Source of the DNA: a virus
Virus record (IMG/VR): IMGVR_UViG_3300030090_006322
Coordinates: 27,434 to 91,433 of that record
Length of the DNA: 64,000 bases
Reading direction: 5' to 3' (one strand)
Each line of letters opens with the position of its first letter. The first letter of the stretch is position 1. The notes beneath the pieces were generated by a model. It was not told the DNA's origin. It searched no databases and saw nothing but the letters and a program-made list of their open reading frames with translations. A program made the translations under genes and the position numbers. Positions 20,781-32,400 of this stretch are shown one piece after another.

Positions 20781-21392
20781 GTGGAAAAAGGAAAGCCAGA
20801 AGATACAATGGGGTCAGTGGAAAGCGATCTGACACTCATTTGTAAAATACAAGAGGATAATACCGATCAAGAAAGCTTAATAGCTTTGGTAGATCGGCAC
20901 TCTGGCATATTCCACACGATGGTAAATCATTTTATGTCTAGTCCTCAATGCGCTCTCGACAAAACCCAAATCGTTGAGGATAAAGAGATGACAATTTATG
21001 ATTCAGCTCTTAACTACGACCCATCAAGAAACACTAAGTTCTCGACGCATTTAGCAAACCAAACAAAATGGAAATGCTTGAATGCTCTTAATAAAAAGAA
21101 GAAAAATAAAGAGTGTTTTATTGATGATGAAAATAGTTACATCGAACCAAGTTGTGATTCGTTTATAAAAGACATCAACAAGGAAGAAGCATTAAGTGTG
21201 TTCGAAAAGTGTTTAAAAACAGAGGAAGATGATCGCGTTAAAAAAATAGTTGACATGCGCTATGGTTCATATAATAATAAACTCACTCCTTGGAGATTTA
21301 TTGCTAAAAAACTTGACTTAAGTATTCAGGGCTGTATAAACATTCACAACAAATTTATTAACAAAGTAAAAAAAGAAGGAAATTATGTATAA
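20781..21392 (+). CDS. sigma70-family RNA polymerase sigma factor
   Basis: Region-2-like YDPSRNTKFSTHL; region-4 HTH IVDMRYG..PWRFIAKKLDLS; start may be GTG 20817. Confidence 0.75.
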   Translation: MEKGKPEDTMGSVESDLTLICKIQEDNTDQESLIALVDRHSGIFHTMVNHFMSSPQCALDKTQIVEDKEMTIYDSALNYDPSRNTKFSTHLANQTKWKCLNALNKKKKNKECFIDDENSYIEPSCDSFIKDINKEEALSVFEKCLKTEEDDRVKKIVDMRYGSYNNKLTPWRFIAKKLDLSIQGCINIHNKFINKVKKEGNYV

Positions 21393-21747
21393 TTCTATCA
21401 CTGCCGCAGCTTATCTCGTCAAAGATCCTGAAGTAAGAACTACCAATAATGGTAAAAAAGTTGTCAGCTTAAGAGCTGGCGTTTCTACATCAAACGCAAA
21501 AACAAAATGCTTTGTTGATATTGAATATTGGGATAAAACCGCAGAAATCGCTGAAAAATATCTTTCTAAAGGAAGAGAATTTATTGTTAATGGTGAACTC
21601 TGTATGTCTTCTTGGGAAAAAGACGGCAAAAAGTTTAGCAAATATTTTATTAGAGGAAAAGATCTTCAGTTTTTGAGTTCTAAAAAGTCAGAGAGTGATG
21701 GGTCAGAAACATCTGACGATGTGCAAGGCGACGATGTTCCGTTTTAA
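21385..21747 (+). CDS. ssb: single-stranded DNA-binding protein
   Basis: LVKDPEVR, AEKYLSKG..VNGEL..W, acidic tail DDVPF. Confidence 0.92.
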   Translation: MYNSITAAAYLVKDPEVRTTNNGKKVVSLRAGVSTSNAKTKCFVDIEYWDKTAEIAEKYLSKGREFIVNGELCMSSWEKDGKKFSKYFIRGKDLQFLSSKKSESDGSETSDDVQGDDVPF

Positions 21748-22832
21748 TGAAATTATTAAATTTAGAAGCCCCGTTAAATGGCTTAAGTTTTGGTAATGTT
21801 TCTTACAACATTATCAGAGAATTAAAAGATTTAAAAGTAAAGTTGAGTCTGTTTCCCACGGGGGACGCAGACTTTTCTGCTTTTGATTTAGAGGACGATT
21901 TAAAAGAATATATAGAGGATGCTGTTAATAGAAGATGGGAAAGAATATCCTCTCGCGTCCCAACCTTAAAGCTTTGGCATTTAAACGGGTCTGAAAACAG
22001 GAAGACTAAAGATCAACATTTGCTTACTTTTTATGAGTGTAGTTCTCCAACCGATTTAGAGATTAAAATCGGCTCAATGCAAGACACTCTCATATTTTCA
22101 TCTAAATATGCCGCTGATCTTTTCAAGGAAAAAGGACTAGCAGATGTAAATTATATCCCGCTTGGTTTTGATAAAGATTTCAAAATAACTGGAAAAGAAT
22201 ATCTAAATAATATTATTCATTTTGGTTTGATGGGAAAATTTGAAAATAGGAAGCACACTAAGAAAATAATTCAATCTTGGTTAAAGAAGTATGGGAACAA
22301 TCCTAAATACCAACTTTCTTGCTGTGTTAATAACCCGTTTTTCAACCAACAACAAATGCAAGGAATATGGAATGAGGTTACCCAAGGTAAGAATTATAGC
22401 AATTTAAATATTCTTCCACGGCTTGCCAAAAATTCAGAGGTTAATGAATTTTTAAATGCAATAGACATAGACCTTACTGGCCTTTCAGGTGGAGAGGGTT
22501 GGAATCTGCCAGCATTTAATGCAACCTGTTTAGGAAAATGGAGCGTTGTTTTAAATGAAACTTCTCATAAAGACTGGGCTACAAATGAAAATTCAATTTT
22601 GATTAATTCATCTGGTCAAATGAATTGTCAAGATGGAGTCTTTTTTACCAAAGATTCTGGTTTCAATACTGGCGTTTTTTACACTTGGACAGAAGATGAG
22701 GCTATCGCGGCTATGGAAAAAGCGGAATCTAAAGCAGGACAAATTAACACAGAGGGTGTCAAAATGGGAGACAATATGACGTACAAAAAAACTGTAGAGT
22801 CTATTTTATCCCTTATTTTTAGGGAAAATTGA
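21747..22832 (+). CDS. GT-B glycosyltransferase
   Basis: GKFENRKH, SGGEGWNLPAF. Confidence 0.7.
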   Translation: MKLLNLEAPLNGLSFGNVSYNIIRELKDLKVKLSLFPTGDADFSAFDLEDDLKEYIEDAVNRRWERISSRVPTLKLWHLNGSENRKTKDQHLLTFYECSSPTDLEIKIGSMQDTLIFSSKYAADLFKEKGLADVNYIPLGFDKDFKITGKEYLNNIIHFGLMGKFENRKHTKKIIQSWLKKYGNNPKYQLSCCVNNPFFNQQQMQGIWNEVTQGKNYSNLNILPRLAKNSEVNEFLNAIDIDLTGLSGGEGWNLPAFNATCLGKWSVVLNETSHKDWATNENSILINSSGQMNCQDGVFFTKDSGFNTGVFYTWTEDEAIAAMEKAESKAGQINTEGVKMGDNMTYKKTVESILSLIFREN

Positions 22833-22862
22833 AATGGCATAATAAATGTTAAGTATATAAGT

Positions 22863-23186
22863 ATGAACACATTAATTAATCATATTCTTAACGACATTAC
22901 TAACACACAAAAAACTACAAAACCTATTCCAGTCAAAGATTCGGGAGATGTTTATGTAGCTGAATTTGAATTGGCTGGATTTTCTAAAAAAGATGTACAG
23001 ATCCAAGTTAGTGATAACACTCTAACAATTGAAGCTAAAAACGAACAAAGAAATAAATCATTTAAATTATTTTTATATGATCTGGTTTCCGAGGAGCATA
23101 TTACAGCTTCTTTAAAAAATGGGCTTTTAAATATTACTCTTCCTAAAAAAGAAGTTTCTGCAACAAAAAAAATTAATATTAAATAA
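22863..23186 (+). CDS. Hsp20 small heat-shock protein
   Basis: ELAGFSKKDV, ITASLKNGLLNITLPK. Confidence 0.88.
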   Translation: MNTLINHILNDITNTQKTTKPIPVKDSGDVYVAEFELAGFSKKDVQIQVSDNTLTIEAKNEQRNKSFKLFLYDLVSEEHITASLKNGLLNITLPKKEVSATKKINIK

Positions 23187-23572
23187 TGCCTATTTATGTT
23201 TACAAACATCCCGAACGAGAAGAATACCGAGAGGTGATTCAAGGGATGAATGATGAACATACATATTCAGAAGATGGCGTTGAATGGAGCAGGGTATTCC
23301 TTGCTCCCAACGCATCTATTGATAATTCTATTGATCCATTTAGTCAGCAACAATATATTGATGCGACTTATAACAAAAAAGGAACTGTTGGCGACATGAT
23401 GGATTTATCTGCTGAACTAAGCCAGAAAAGAGCTGAAAAAGCTGGTGGTTTAGACCCAGTAAAAGAAAAGTTTTATGATAATTATTCTAAAGAGAGGAAT
23501 GGTGCAGAACACCCTAATAGAATAAAAGAAAAAGGATACGAAAGTAAAAATGTCAAAATTGATTTTGACTAG
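23186..23572 (+). CDS. FmdB-like small protein (Cys-less)
   Basis: N-terminal MPIYVYK..EV..M pattern. Confidence 0.5.
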   Translation: MPIYVYKHPEREEYREVIQGMNDEHTYSEDGVEWSRVFLAPNASIDNSIDPFSQQQYIDATYNKKGTVGDMMDLSAELSQKRAEKAGGLDPVKEKFYDNYSKERNGAEHPNRIKEKGYESKNVKIDFD

Positions 23573-24669
23573 TAATTTGTCCCGCTTACTTGCAATCCTC
23601 TTGATTGAGTTACTTTAAAACTAAACTGTGCATCATAACTCATAGTCCCATTTACAGACATATTGTAGTTGTAAGAATCCAGTTTAGCGTCTTGTATCTT
23701 ATAAATCATTTGTTTTCCACTAGCTTCTAGCTTTAATTCAAATTGATAATCTTGATCGGATATAAAAACACCAGTCATGCCTCCTGAATCTAATCCCGAC
23801 ACCAGAGAGGATACAGAAAATGAACCATCAGCAGGAAACTGTCTTTTTCTGTTATATGCGTAGTCATTACCAAACCCATATGAGGATACTCTTGGCATTG
23901 AGACATTCATTTCAACAGATTGCACTAGATGTTCTCCAGATATGGGTTGCCCTCCTACCTGTAAGTTTTGTAAAGTAACATCACTATTTGTATTATCTGG
24001 ATTAACTAAAGGTGGTTTTTTTTCTAGCGTAGCGCTAGATAAATCTAAACCAAATTCGAATAGGCAATTACCCACGCCATTATTGTTTCCACCTGTTAAA
24101 TTTATAGCTGGCATTTGCATTGATGTCGCAGTCAAATTAGCAAAAACTGCGTTCGAACAAACATATGATGTCGAAACCGTGGGTAAATTTCCGATTGAAT
24201 AATTCAAAGAATAAGAAGAAGGAAAACAATTACCGAAAGCAATGGCTTCATCACCATTTAAATTTAAGCTAGATCCAAAAGACAATTTATTTAAAAAAGA
24301 ATCTTCTGCGTTTTTGGTTATTAAAGCGTAAAAATTAGTAGAATCGTTTGTGTCAGAAGGGTCAAAGAAATTTTTAAAAGGACCACCCACAGGTTTACTG
24401 TCTATAAATCTACCCTGAACTTCATTAGAAAAACTAGGTTCAGGCATATATGTAATGTTTAAATTTACATCTGGAAATCGATAAAGGTTATTAGAGGATA
24501 AATCTTGAGACCCAATCTGCTTCAATGGTTGTCTAGGATATTCAATAGAATAATCTAAGCCTTGAGTTATCTTATGTAATTTAAGACCTTGATTAGCTGT
24601 GGAAAAAGCCACTGTCGCATCTTGAGCTGCCACTATAGCATTAAAGCTTTTTATTATATTCCTAGCCAT
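23569..24669 (-). CDS. tail tube-like / minor tail protein
   Basis: beta-rich; shares GNCxxSxY, VQSxxxxxSMPR and FP motifs with 36973-38169. Confidence 0.6.
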   Translation of the reverse strand: MARNIIKSFNAIVAAQDATVAFSTANQGLKLHKITQGLDYSIEYPRQPLKQIGSQDLSSNNLYRFPDVNLNITYMPEPSFSNEVQGRFIDSKPVGGPFKNFFDPSDTNDSTNFYALITKNAEDSFLNKLSFGSSLNLNGDEAIAFGNCFPSSYSLNYSIGNLPTVSTSYVCSNAVFANLTATSMQMPAINLTGGNNNGVGNCLFEFGLDLSSATLEKKPPLVNPDNTNSDVTLQNLQVGGQPISGEHLVQSVEMNVSMPRVSSYGFGNDYAYNRKRQFPADGSFSVSSLVSGLDSGGMTGVFISDQDYQFELKLEASGKQMIYKIQDAKLDSYNYNMSVNGTMSYDAQFSFKVTQSRGLQVSGTNY

Positions 24670-24670
24670 T

Positions 24671-25627
24671 TTATGTTCCTGTTGGCACAACTCCTAAAGG
24701 ATCTTCTACGAGCTGTATGGTTAAAGTATTTGAGTTAACATAATCCCAAGTATGAGTCCAACTTGGGCTATAATAAACTTTTGGCCTGTTGTAAACCGAA
24801 GGTATCTGATGTTCAAATCTTCTGTAACCCCCTTTGTTTTCCAAAAAGTGAATCATGCTTTTGGTTTGGGAATCAGAAATATTACTAAAAGTATAAGACA
24901 TACCAAAAGTAGAAATATTATCATTTGTTTTCAGTCTTTGTTTGAAAGAGTTTTTATAATCAATTATATCAGCTTTGATTTTTACATCATTTTGCGTTCC
25001 GATATCGGGTTCAAAAAAGAATTTTTGACTCCACATAGTAGATGCTCCAATTGGGCTGTTAGAAGATGAGGAAGTATGATCTCCTGTGCAATAATAAAAA
25101 TTGTCTAATTTATTTTCATTTATTCCAGAATAAACAACATCATACTTTTTATAACTTTTACTTGGACCCCATCCAGTGAAAGTTAAGTTAGAAAAACACC
25201 CCATTCCTGACCATTTTAAAATAGTCGGGGCGTGATCAACGCTTATGCTAGAAGCGACTTCGAATCTTTGATTGTTGACAAAGTTTATAGCGTAATTATT
25301 ACAAAACCCCGTAACGGTTTTATATATGTTAGAAGAGTCAGGAGTAAATTCTATATTTTCTATTCCTGATTGAGCTTCAAAGAAAGCCGCTAATTTTTGC
25401 GCGTTTGTCTCATTAACATCATATCTAATATCAAACCTAGCTGTCAAACTATTAACTGAATATGGTATTAAATTATAATAAAAATCATCAGTATCATAAC
25501 TGTGATTGTTAGCCTGAAAAGATACCTTCGACCCATAAACAGGAGTTAGACCCAAGCCAGCGATGGTTGATGGAATTGTAATCCCAGAGATATTATCATC
25601 CCTATTATAAAATAAATTTTCGCTCAT
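24671..25627 (-). CDS. minor tail protein (duplicated lambda gpM-like domain)
   Basis: Two repeats of AFFEAQSG/HFLENKGG..F; downstream of tape measure. Confidence 0.6.
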   Translation of the reverse strand: MSENLFYNRDDNISGITIPSTIAGLGLTPVYGSKVSFQANNHSYDTDDFYYNLIPYSVNSLTARFDIRYDVNETNAQKLAAFFEAQSGIENIEFTPDSSNIYKTVTGFCNNYAINFVNNQRFEVASSISVDHAPTILKWSGMGCFSNLTFTGWGPSKSYKKYDVVYSGINENKLDNFYYCTGDHTSSSSNSPIGASTMWSQKFFFEPDIGTQNDVKIKADIIDYKNSFKQRLKTNDNISTFGMSYTFSNISDSQTKSMIHFLENKGGYRRFEHQIPSVYNRPKVYYSPSWTHTWDYVNSNTLTIQLVEDPLGVVPTGT

Positions 25628-26436
25628 GAATGACCAATATAGTTAAGGGTTAATCTTAGAGTGCCATCTGCGGAAGCATTTAAATCTTCTGAAACAAGAG
25701 ATGCTTTAGGAATGGAAAGGTTTTGTAAAGTTGTTCCATCTCTTCCTTTGATATTGAAAGAAACGGTTTTTTCTTCTCTTTCTTGATCTAAAAAACTAAA
25801 CCCGCTTTGTAAAAAGGTATCATCAACTTCTATCTGAACAGAAGCTGTATATTGAATTGGATTTATATGTTTTACCTCTGTAGGGACTTCGGAACCTATA
25901 GTATAATAAGGTCTTTTTGTTACTGCTAAAGAATAATCAAAACCTATAACCCTATTTGTAGAGCTATTATCACAAGTGGCAGTTATAGAGCCTTGGCTTG
26001 GAATAAATATGTTAGTCGGAGCAGTTCCAGTGGCATTAGACCCGCTTTTCATTTCATCATAAACTACAAAACTGGCATTGACTCTGGGAACAGACCCGAC
26101 AGCACAATTGACAGAATAAGAATTTAGGTAACCACTTTCAAAACCATAAGATGAATTGTTGTCATAATTAAAACTTCCCTTCATTACTTCCGAGTCTCCA
26201 GTGAACTGTAAAACTGGGTCATCATATATCAAAGACCTAGAGAAAGAAACTTTTTGGGTTACCGCTCCACCTACCGTTGTTAAACCAAGCTTACTTCCCA
26301 AAGGAGCTAAAGTGTTAGCTGCATTTTTGTAACCTAAATCAAGAGAGTCAATTCCAGATAACTCTCTAGCCGAAGGACTACCGTCTCGCCCAGATATAAA
26401 AAAATGGGTTTGGTAATTTAAAGTTGCGTCATACAT
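25624..26436 (-). CDS. tail tube-like / distal tail protein
   Basis: SYSVNCAVGSVP, KRPYYTIGS; directly after tape measure. Confidence 0.55.
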   Translation of the reverse strand: MYDATLNYQTHFFISGRDGSPSARELSGIDSLDLGYKNAANTLAPLGSKLGLTTVGGAVTQKVSFSRSLIYDDPVLQFTGDSEVMKGSFNYDNNSSYGFESGYLNSYSVNCAVGSVPRVNASFVVYDEMKSGSNATGTAPTNIFIPSQGSITATCDNSSTNRVIGFDYSLAVTKRPYYTIGSEVPTEVKHINPIQYTASVQIEVDDTFLQSGFSFLDQEREEKTVSFNIKGRDGTTLQNLSIPKASLVSEDLNASADGTLRLTLNYIGHS

Positions 26437-29400
26437 TATGCCCTAGCTTGTCTTAAAGATCCTCCGAGCCTTTTTTCGTCATCAATAACTTGTTTGACAA
26501 CATCTCTTATTCTAGTCGCGAGATTTACTTCTTCTTCGTTTCCATTTCCGCTTTCATTAGATGTGCCATCAGAATTAACTGTTATATTAATAACTGTTTC
26601 TCCTTCATTGTCTGAAACAGATATAAGCTCATCTAATTTTCCTATGATTGCTCCAGAGCCATTTCCTCCCCCTCCTCCAGAGTTAATAGATGAAAGAGTT
26701 CCTCTTCCTATCCTCTGTGTAGCGGCAGCATTCATAATAAATTCACCACCAGATAACATTGTAGGAACCGTATCAACTCCAGCAGCGTAAGGTATTGAGC
26801 CACCAGTGGCTGACTTCTTACTAAATACATCAGTAAGTTCTTTAAATCCAAATCCCGCAATACCAGCTAATATAGATCCAGTTAATAAACTAGTAAGACC
26901 TCCACTTCTCTCTCTAGCTTCTTGCTCTTTTTGGACTTGTCTAGTATACAAATTAAAAGCTTTTCTTTTTGATTCTTGTTCTCGTTGATATTGTGGGCTG
27001 TTTCTCCTGCCAAACATTGTAAGAGCTGCACTTTGTGGTTCTAATGCGATAGAAGCAAAACCCGCCCCACTTCCGAATTTGTCAAATGCACCCGTGGTAA
27101 AGGATTGAGTAGCAAAATCTAACAAGCTTCTTTTGCCTCTCATAGCGCCTTGCCCAAATGTTCCTGGGGTGAATAAACCTCCTCTATTCATTGTCGGAAC
27201 AGAACCTTGGTTTAACGCAGACATAAATCCTGCACCATACTTATCTACAGCTCCCCTTCTCATAACAAACTCTCCACCAGTCAATAAGGCTGGCACATCA
27301 TCTCTGACTCCAGATCCTCCCGTGACCTTTCCCCCTGTATTTGCTTTAAATATATTAAATAAGTTATCAAATCCCGCCCTAAAATTACTTTTAGCTTGGT
27401 CGAGGAAAAAGTCTGCTGCGGCTTGTTTTAGTATATCTCCTAAGTTTTCTCCTTTCGCTATAGCATCAGCTAAACCATCACTAAGTGTATCTACAAACTG
27501 TCTAGCTCCTTGCACTAAACTATCGTTTAGTTTATCCTGTATTTCTTTTTCTGAAAAAATGAATTCATCTTCGAATTTAGCTCTTAGAGAATCATTAACC
27601 TGTAACCTCTGCTTTTCTAATTCTAGAATTCTCTCTTTTAAACTCTGTAATCTAGTTACATCAACAACTTCATCTTTTTGTAGTTCAACAAATTGTCTCT
27701 TTAGGTCGAGTTGCTCTCTAACTATATCTATTTGTCTAGTAAACCCTCTAGCTTCTCTACTAGATCCAGCCAAACGTGCTTGGTCTTGTAATCCTGTTAT
27801 AGCAAAAGCTGTTGACGCTTGAGCAATCCCTCCAGCGCCGCCACCTCTAGCTTGAGCAGTAAATAATTGTTCATTTATATTAGATAAGATTGAAGATCCG
27901 TCTCTAGCTGTAACTAAATCTACTTTTAATTGTTCGGCCTGTTGCCTTAAGCTTAAAGTAAATTCTGCCAAAAGTTGACTGTAAGTTTGGAAGAGGTCTA
28001 TATTATCTCTTGTAGCTTTAGCTAATTTAACTCTTGTTTCACCTTCCTCTCTTGCAAGCTTTACGCCTTCTTGTCCTTCGTCTCTCGTTTGCAAAGCTGA
28101 CCTTATTGCGTCAGCTTGCTCGGGGGTAGGTTTGACTCCTTGCGCCCTAAGTTCATTGAAAAATACAGTATCTAAACCAGCTAAAGACGCAAATCCTCCA
28201 GTTTGAATAAGATCAACAATTGCCTTTATGCCTCCTTCGAATTCAGGCATAACGGTCACCAAATTACTTATCTCTTGAGAGGTAGACTTAACCGCTTCTG
28301 CTTCTGCATCTCTTATATCTAAAATATTTTCCTCCTCTATAAAACCAACTTCTCTATTCGCTTTTTGTCTATCTGTTAATCTGGCATTCGCAGATACCAA
28401 ACCTCTTCGTAAATCTAAATCGTTTCTATCCCTTCTTGATTGTGTAGAAGCATCAAAAGATGATCTTCTTATATCTATACCGAGATCTGATTGGCTATTT
28501 CTTACAAGCTCTGCTATTCTTGCTTGTTCTGTAGCAATTTTTGTAGTTATGCCTAAAACTAAATTTCTAGCAGCGACTTCTTTTTTAATGTTGGATACTG
28601 TCCCTTCTACATTTTTTGAAATTGCCTCTGTCTCTAAGACAGATTTTTGTTCTAAGCTTAATATGCCATCTAAAATTTCAAAGAATTTTCCTTGTTCGCT
28701 AAGACCTTCTACTCCAGCCTCTCTGATTTTGTCTTGTAATTCTAAACGCTGATCATCATTTAAAGCTAATCTTTCAACAGCATCTATCTGTTTTACTAAA
28801 ACATCAGCTACTTCTATATTTCCTTGTTTAATATTATTGCTACGCGCTATTTGACCTTCAAGTTGGGCTATTTGTTCTCCAGTTAAATTTTTATTTGATT
28901 GAGCTAATTTTAATTTTTGCTGGTCTGTGGTAAGAGCTGATGCTTTTATTTTAGCTATTTCTATTTCTGATTTTAAAGCATCCTTTGCTATATTTGCGTT
29001 AATTAAATTTATTCTTTTTGTCTCTTCTTCTTGTTCCGCACCTATTTCTTTTCTAATTGTTTGTAAAGTTCCAGCTCTACCTTCCGTGGTGACTTTTAAT
29101 CTTTTACCCTCTGCTGTGAACTGTTTTTCTGCCTCGCTTCTTACAGCAGCATCATCGCTACCTAATCTCTCTCTTAATCCTGGAGTATTTTTAACAAAAT
29201 CTTGTAGCTGGTCTTGCCTCGCAGAAAAATCTAAGTTAGCTAAATTTTTAAGGCTCTGACTCATTGCGTCAGCTATTTCATTAGAAAAAACTCTATCAAA
29301 AGTTCGCTGTCCCATTCTGGTTTGCCTTGTGAAGCTCCCAGCTTGAGCTTCACCCGTGCCAATTATCTTTTCTACCTCTGCGCTTGTTGCCCCAGCTTTG

Positions 29401-32400
29401 TAAGCTTGAGTTACAAGGTCTCCTAAACCCTGTGCTTGTGCTTTGTCTTTCGTGCCTTGGAAACCTCTATCTAAAAGCCTTTGTCTAGCTCGCTCACCTA
29501 AATTTTCAGATGTTTCTAAAAACGCCTCTCTTTCTTTTCTCCCCCCTAAATCTAATTCTTCAAATTCCCTTGTAGCATTTTTAGTAGCTTCAGCTAATCT
29601 TTCTTCGTTTTTTCTTAAATTGTCTGTGGTTCCATTAAGTTTATTAAACAATGAATTGATTGCTAATCCAGCAGTTGCCGCTAGACCTACTGGCCCAGCG
29701 AAACGAAGCAACGCTCCACCAGCTACTTTTAATCCACCCATTAAAGCGCTAGGTGCAGCCCTAGCTGCTAAACCTGCTCCTCCCATAATTCCTCTTCTGC
29801 TAGTAGCCTTACCCACACCCGCAAGCATCGAGAACCCTCTACTACCTCTTCCTGCGCTCATCATAGCAGCACCCCTAGCCGCAACCCCTCCTCTTCCAAT
29901 TGCAAATCTCCCTATATTTCCAAGTCCTCCAAAAGCTTGAGCTGCCAATGCTGCACTAACTGCTAGATTTAATGCTGTTAAACTGCCAGATACAAGTTTG
30001 TTCTTTTCAGTTACTTCTCCTAATACTCCGCTTAAAGCAGAAAATCCAATTTGAACAGCTAGTAACTTACCGACCATACCTCCAAAAGCATCGTTCGCGT
30101 CAGATGTAGTCGATTTTTTTCTGAAGTTAGGTATAGCCCCTGTAGGCTCATCTCTTGTGTTTGTAACAGCAAGACCCATTGGGTTGGCGCTATTTCTCAA
30201 TGAGGCATCTTGGTTTATCCTTACCTGATTAATTGGTAAACCTGCGGCTGTTTCTCTTGCTATAGCTTCTTGCAGGGGACCAGCAAAATTAGGAATGTAA
30301 CCAGATGCTCCTCTACTCCCGAAATTCATACCGACTCTGCTCCGCACAGCATCCATGCCAGTTAATTGTTTGGTCATCCCCATAGAGCCAACCGTTAAAT
30401 TTTTGCCTCCTCCAGCGCCGAGCAATTCAGTCCTGCCTCTTGCTGTTAGAGTTTTGCCGCTAGCAGTGGCTCCAAAATACCTTTGTATTTTTTTAGCCAT
30501 ACTAAGATTTGTTTTGCTATTAGATCCAATTTTAGCCTCTAAAAATCTTACGGGACTGCTTCTTAACGACGGAGATATATCTCCAATTTCTCTAATTGCG
30601 TTCTGTCCAACAAAATCAAAAGTTGCAGTTTCTCCAAAATCAAAATCTTTACTTTTTAATAAAGCACTTAATGCTGTTTCAAAAATCGTCCCAGCTAAAC
30701 TACCTACTGCTCCTTGGTTTCCTAGTTTTGATATCTTACCTGCTGTGGGTCTACCACCAGTCATTGTTTTAGCCTCTCTTGTGGCTAAACCTATAGCGAA
30801 TCTTTTTACAGACTCTTTAATATCTTTTTCTTCTCTTACTTTTTCTCCTGCGGCATTTATACCAAACACAGGGAATTTATAAGTATTAGTACCAATTGTT
30901 GCTTGAGCGAAGCTTTTACCTATTCCTTTTTGCGGGACTATCATCCCAGCGAAATCAACATTTCTTACTGTCTGTTTAGCAAAGTTAGGAATAAAGCCTC
31001 CAGCCGCGCCGATCTTTTTTGCTCCAGATGGAAGACCCATAGAAGCAACCATGTCTTGATTAAATATAGCAGAACCTCCAGTGCCAGCGAAATTAGGAAC
31101 CATGAACTCGCTAGTGTTCGCCACCATTGTTCCTTTTTGTCCAGCACCAAAATTAAAGTTTGGTATTGCTACTGGTCTTGCCGATTTAGGCGCTCCTCCA
31201 ACTCCACGATTGATATCTGCTTGTTCAGAACCGTAACCAAGAACAGCGTTGTAATTTGGTATAAAGCCTCCAGCAGCCCTACCTCCACGCCTAGCCCCTC
31301 TTGTGCCAGCAAAAACCCCAGGAGCTATACTAGCTGATATAGCTTGCATTCTAGTCATAACCGCTAACTGTTCATTTAAAGCGGTTGTGAAGAATTTTGT
31401 TTGAGCTGCTTTTTTTTGCTCTGTTGACAGTTGTGAATTTTCTATAGCTAAAATCTGCTTTTGGATAGTTGAATTACCAAGAAGAGTAGAAGCTATTTGT
31501 CCTTGTAAAGTGGCTTGTTCTTTAGCTGCTCTATTTAAACCAAAAAATGTTTTTAAAGATCCAGTTCCAAATTTAACTAAGTCAATAGTAAGTTTCGCGA
31601 TTATAGCGCCAAAGATGGCTAACCCAGGACCAGAAATAACATTACCTATACCTTTTACTATACCTCTAGCGAAATCCCCACCTATACCTTCGCCTTCTAG
31701 GACTTTTTGTATATTAGTTACTAATCCACTAAAAAAGTTTAAAATATTTTTTAGACTATCGGTGACTCCGATTTTACCTAACTCGTTAGCTAACTCTTGC
31801 ACACTTACAACTGTTGCATTTATAGCAGCAGATAGTGTTTGATTAAGAGCTTTATTACGTTCATAAGCTTCTGTTGTAGCTTTTTGGGAAATTGCAGTGA
31901 CCTCGATAGCTTTAGAGGTTTTAGAGTTATAATCATCTAGGATAGCTAAGAATGGTGCAACTTGGAATTTGCCTACTAGATTTTCTGCTATCTGCAATCG
32001 TCTTGCATCAGGCACATCTGAAAGAGCCTTGGCCAGATTTTCAATCAGTTTAGTTCCACTTAAAACATTTCCTGAAAGATCTGTAATTTCCACGCCAAGA
32101 TTTTGCATGGTCTGAAGTTTGTCGATGCTCTGAATACGAGTAAAAATTGTTTTAAAAGAGTTACCTATAACAGCACCCCCTCGGGCAGTCTTTGTTTGCA
32201 CCGCTGTGATAACACCGACTAATTCATCAAACGAAACACCAGCTTGAATAGCAACAGAACCAGAACGCTTAATACCTTCGATAAGATCTCTTTCTGAAAC
32301 CGCAGCAGAAACCGCAGCGGCAGACAATTTGTTAAGCACCTCCGCACTAGTGATACCAGTAGAATTGAAAGAGTTTATCGCAGCAGTTAAACCAGCAACA

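Noticed and set aside
20575-20835. 86-aa minus-strand ORF in the divergent intergenic region
   Set aside because: Low-complexity translation of AT-rich promoter DNA, overlapping both promoters.
22829-22862. CIRCE or sigma54 site upstream of Hsp20
   Set aside because: TGGCA is present, but the -12 GC and the CIRCE inverted repeat are not.
30280-31280. AAGGFIPN repeats in the tape measure protein as a novel repeat system
   Set aside because: Short peptide repeats of this kind are common in tape-measure proteins.
26494-31842. Long antisense ORFs inside the tape measure gene (also inside capsid, DUF932 and other genes)
   Set aside because: Shadow ORFs arising from codon bias of the real gene; no motifs or expression signals.
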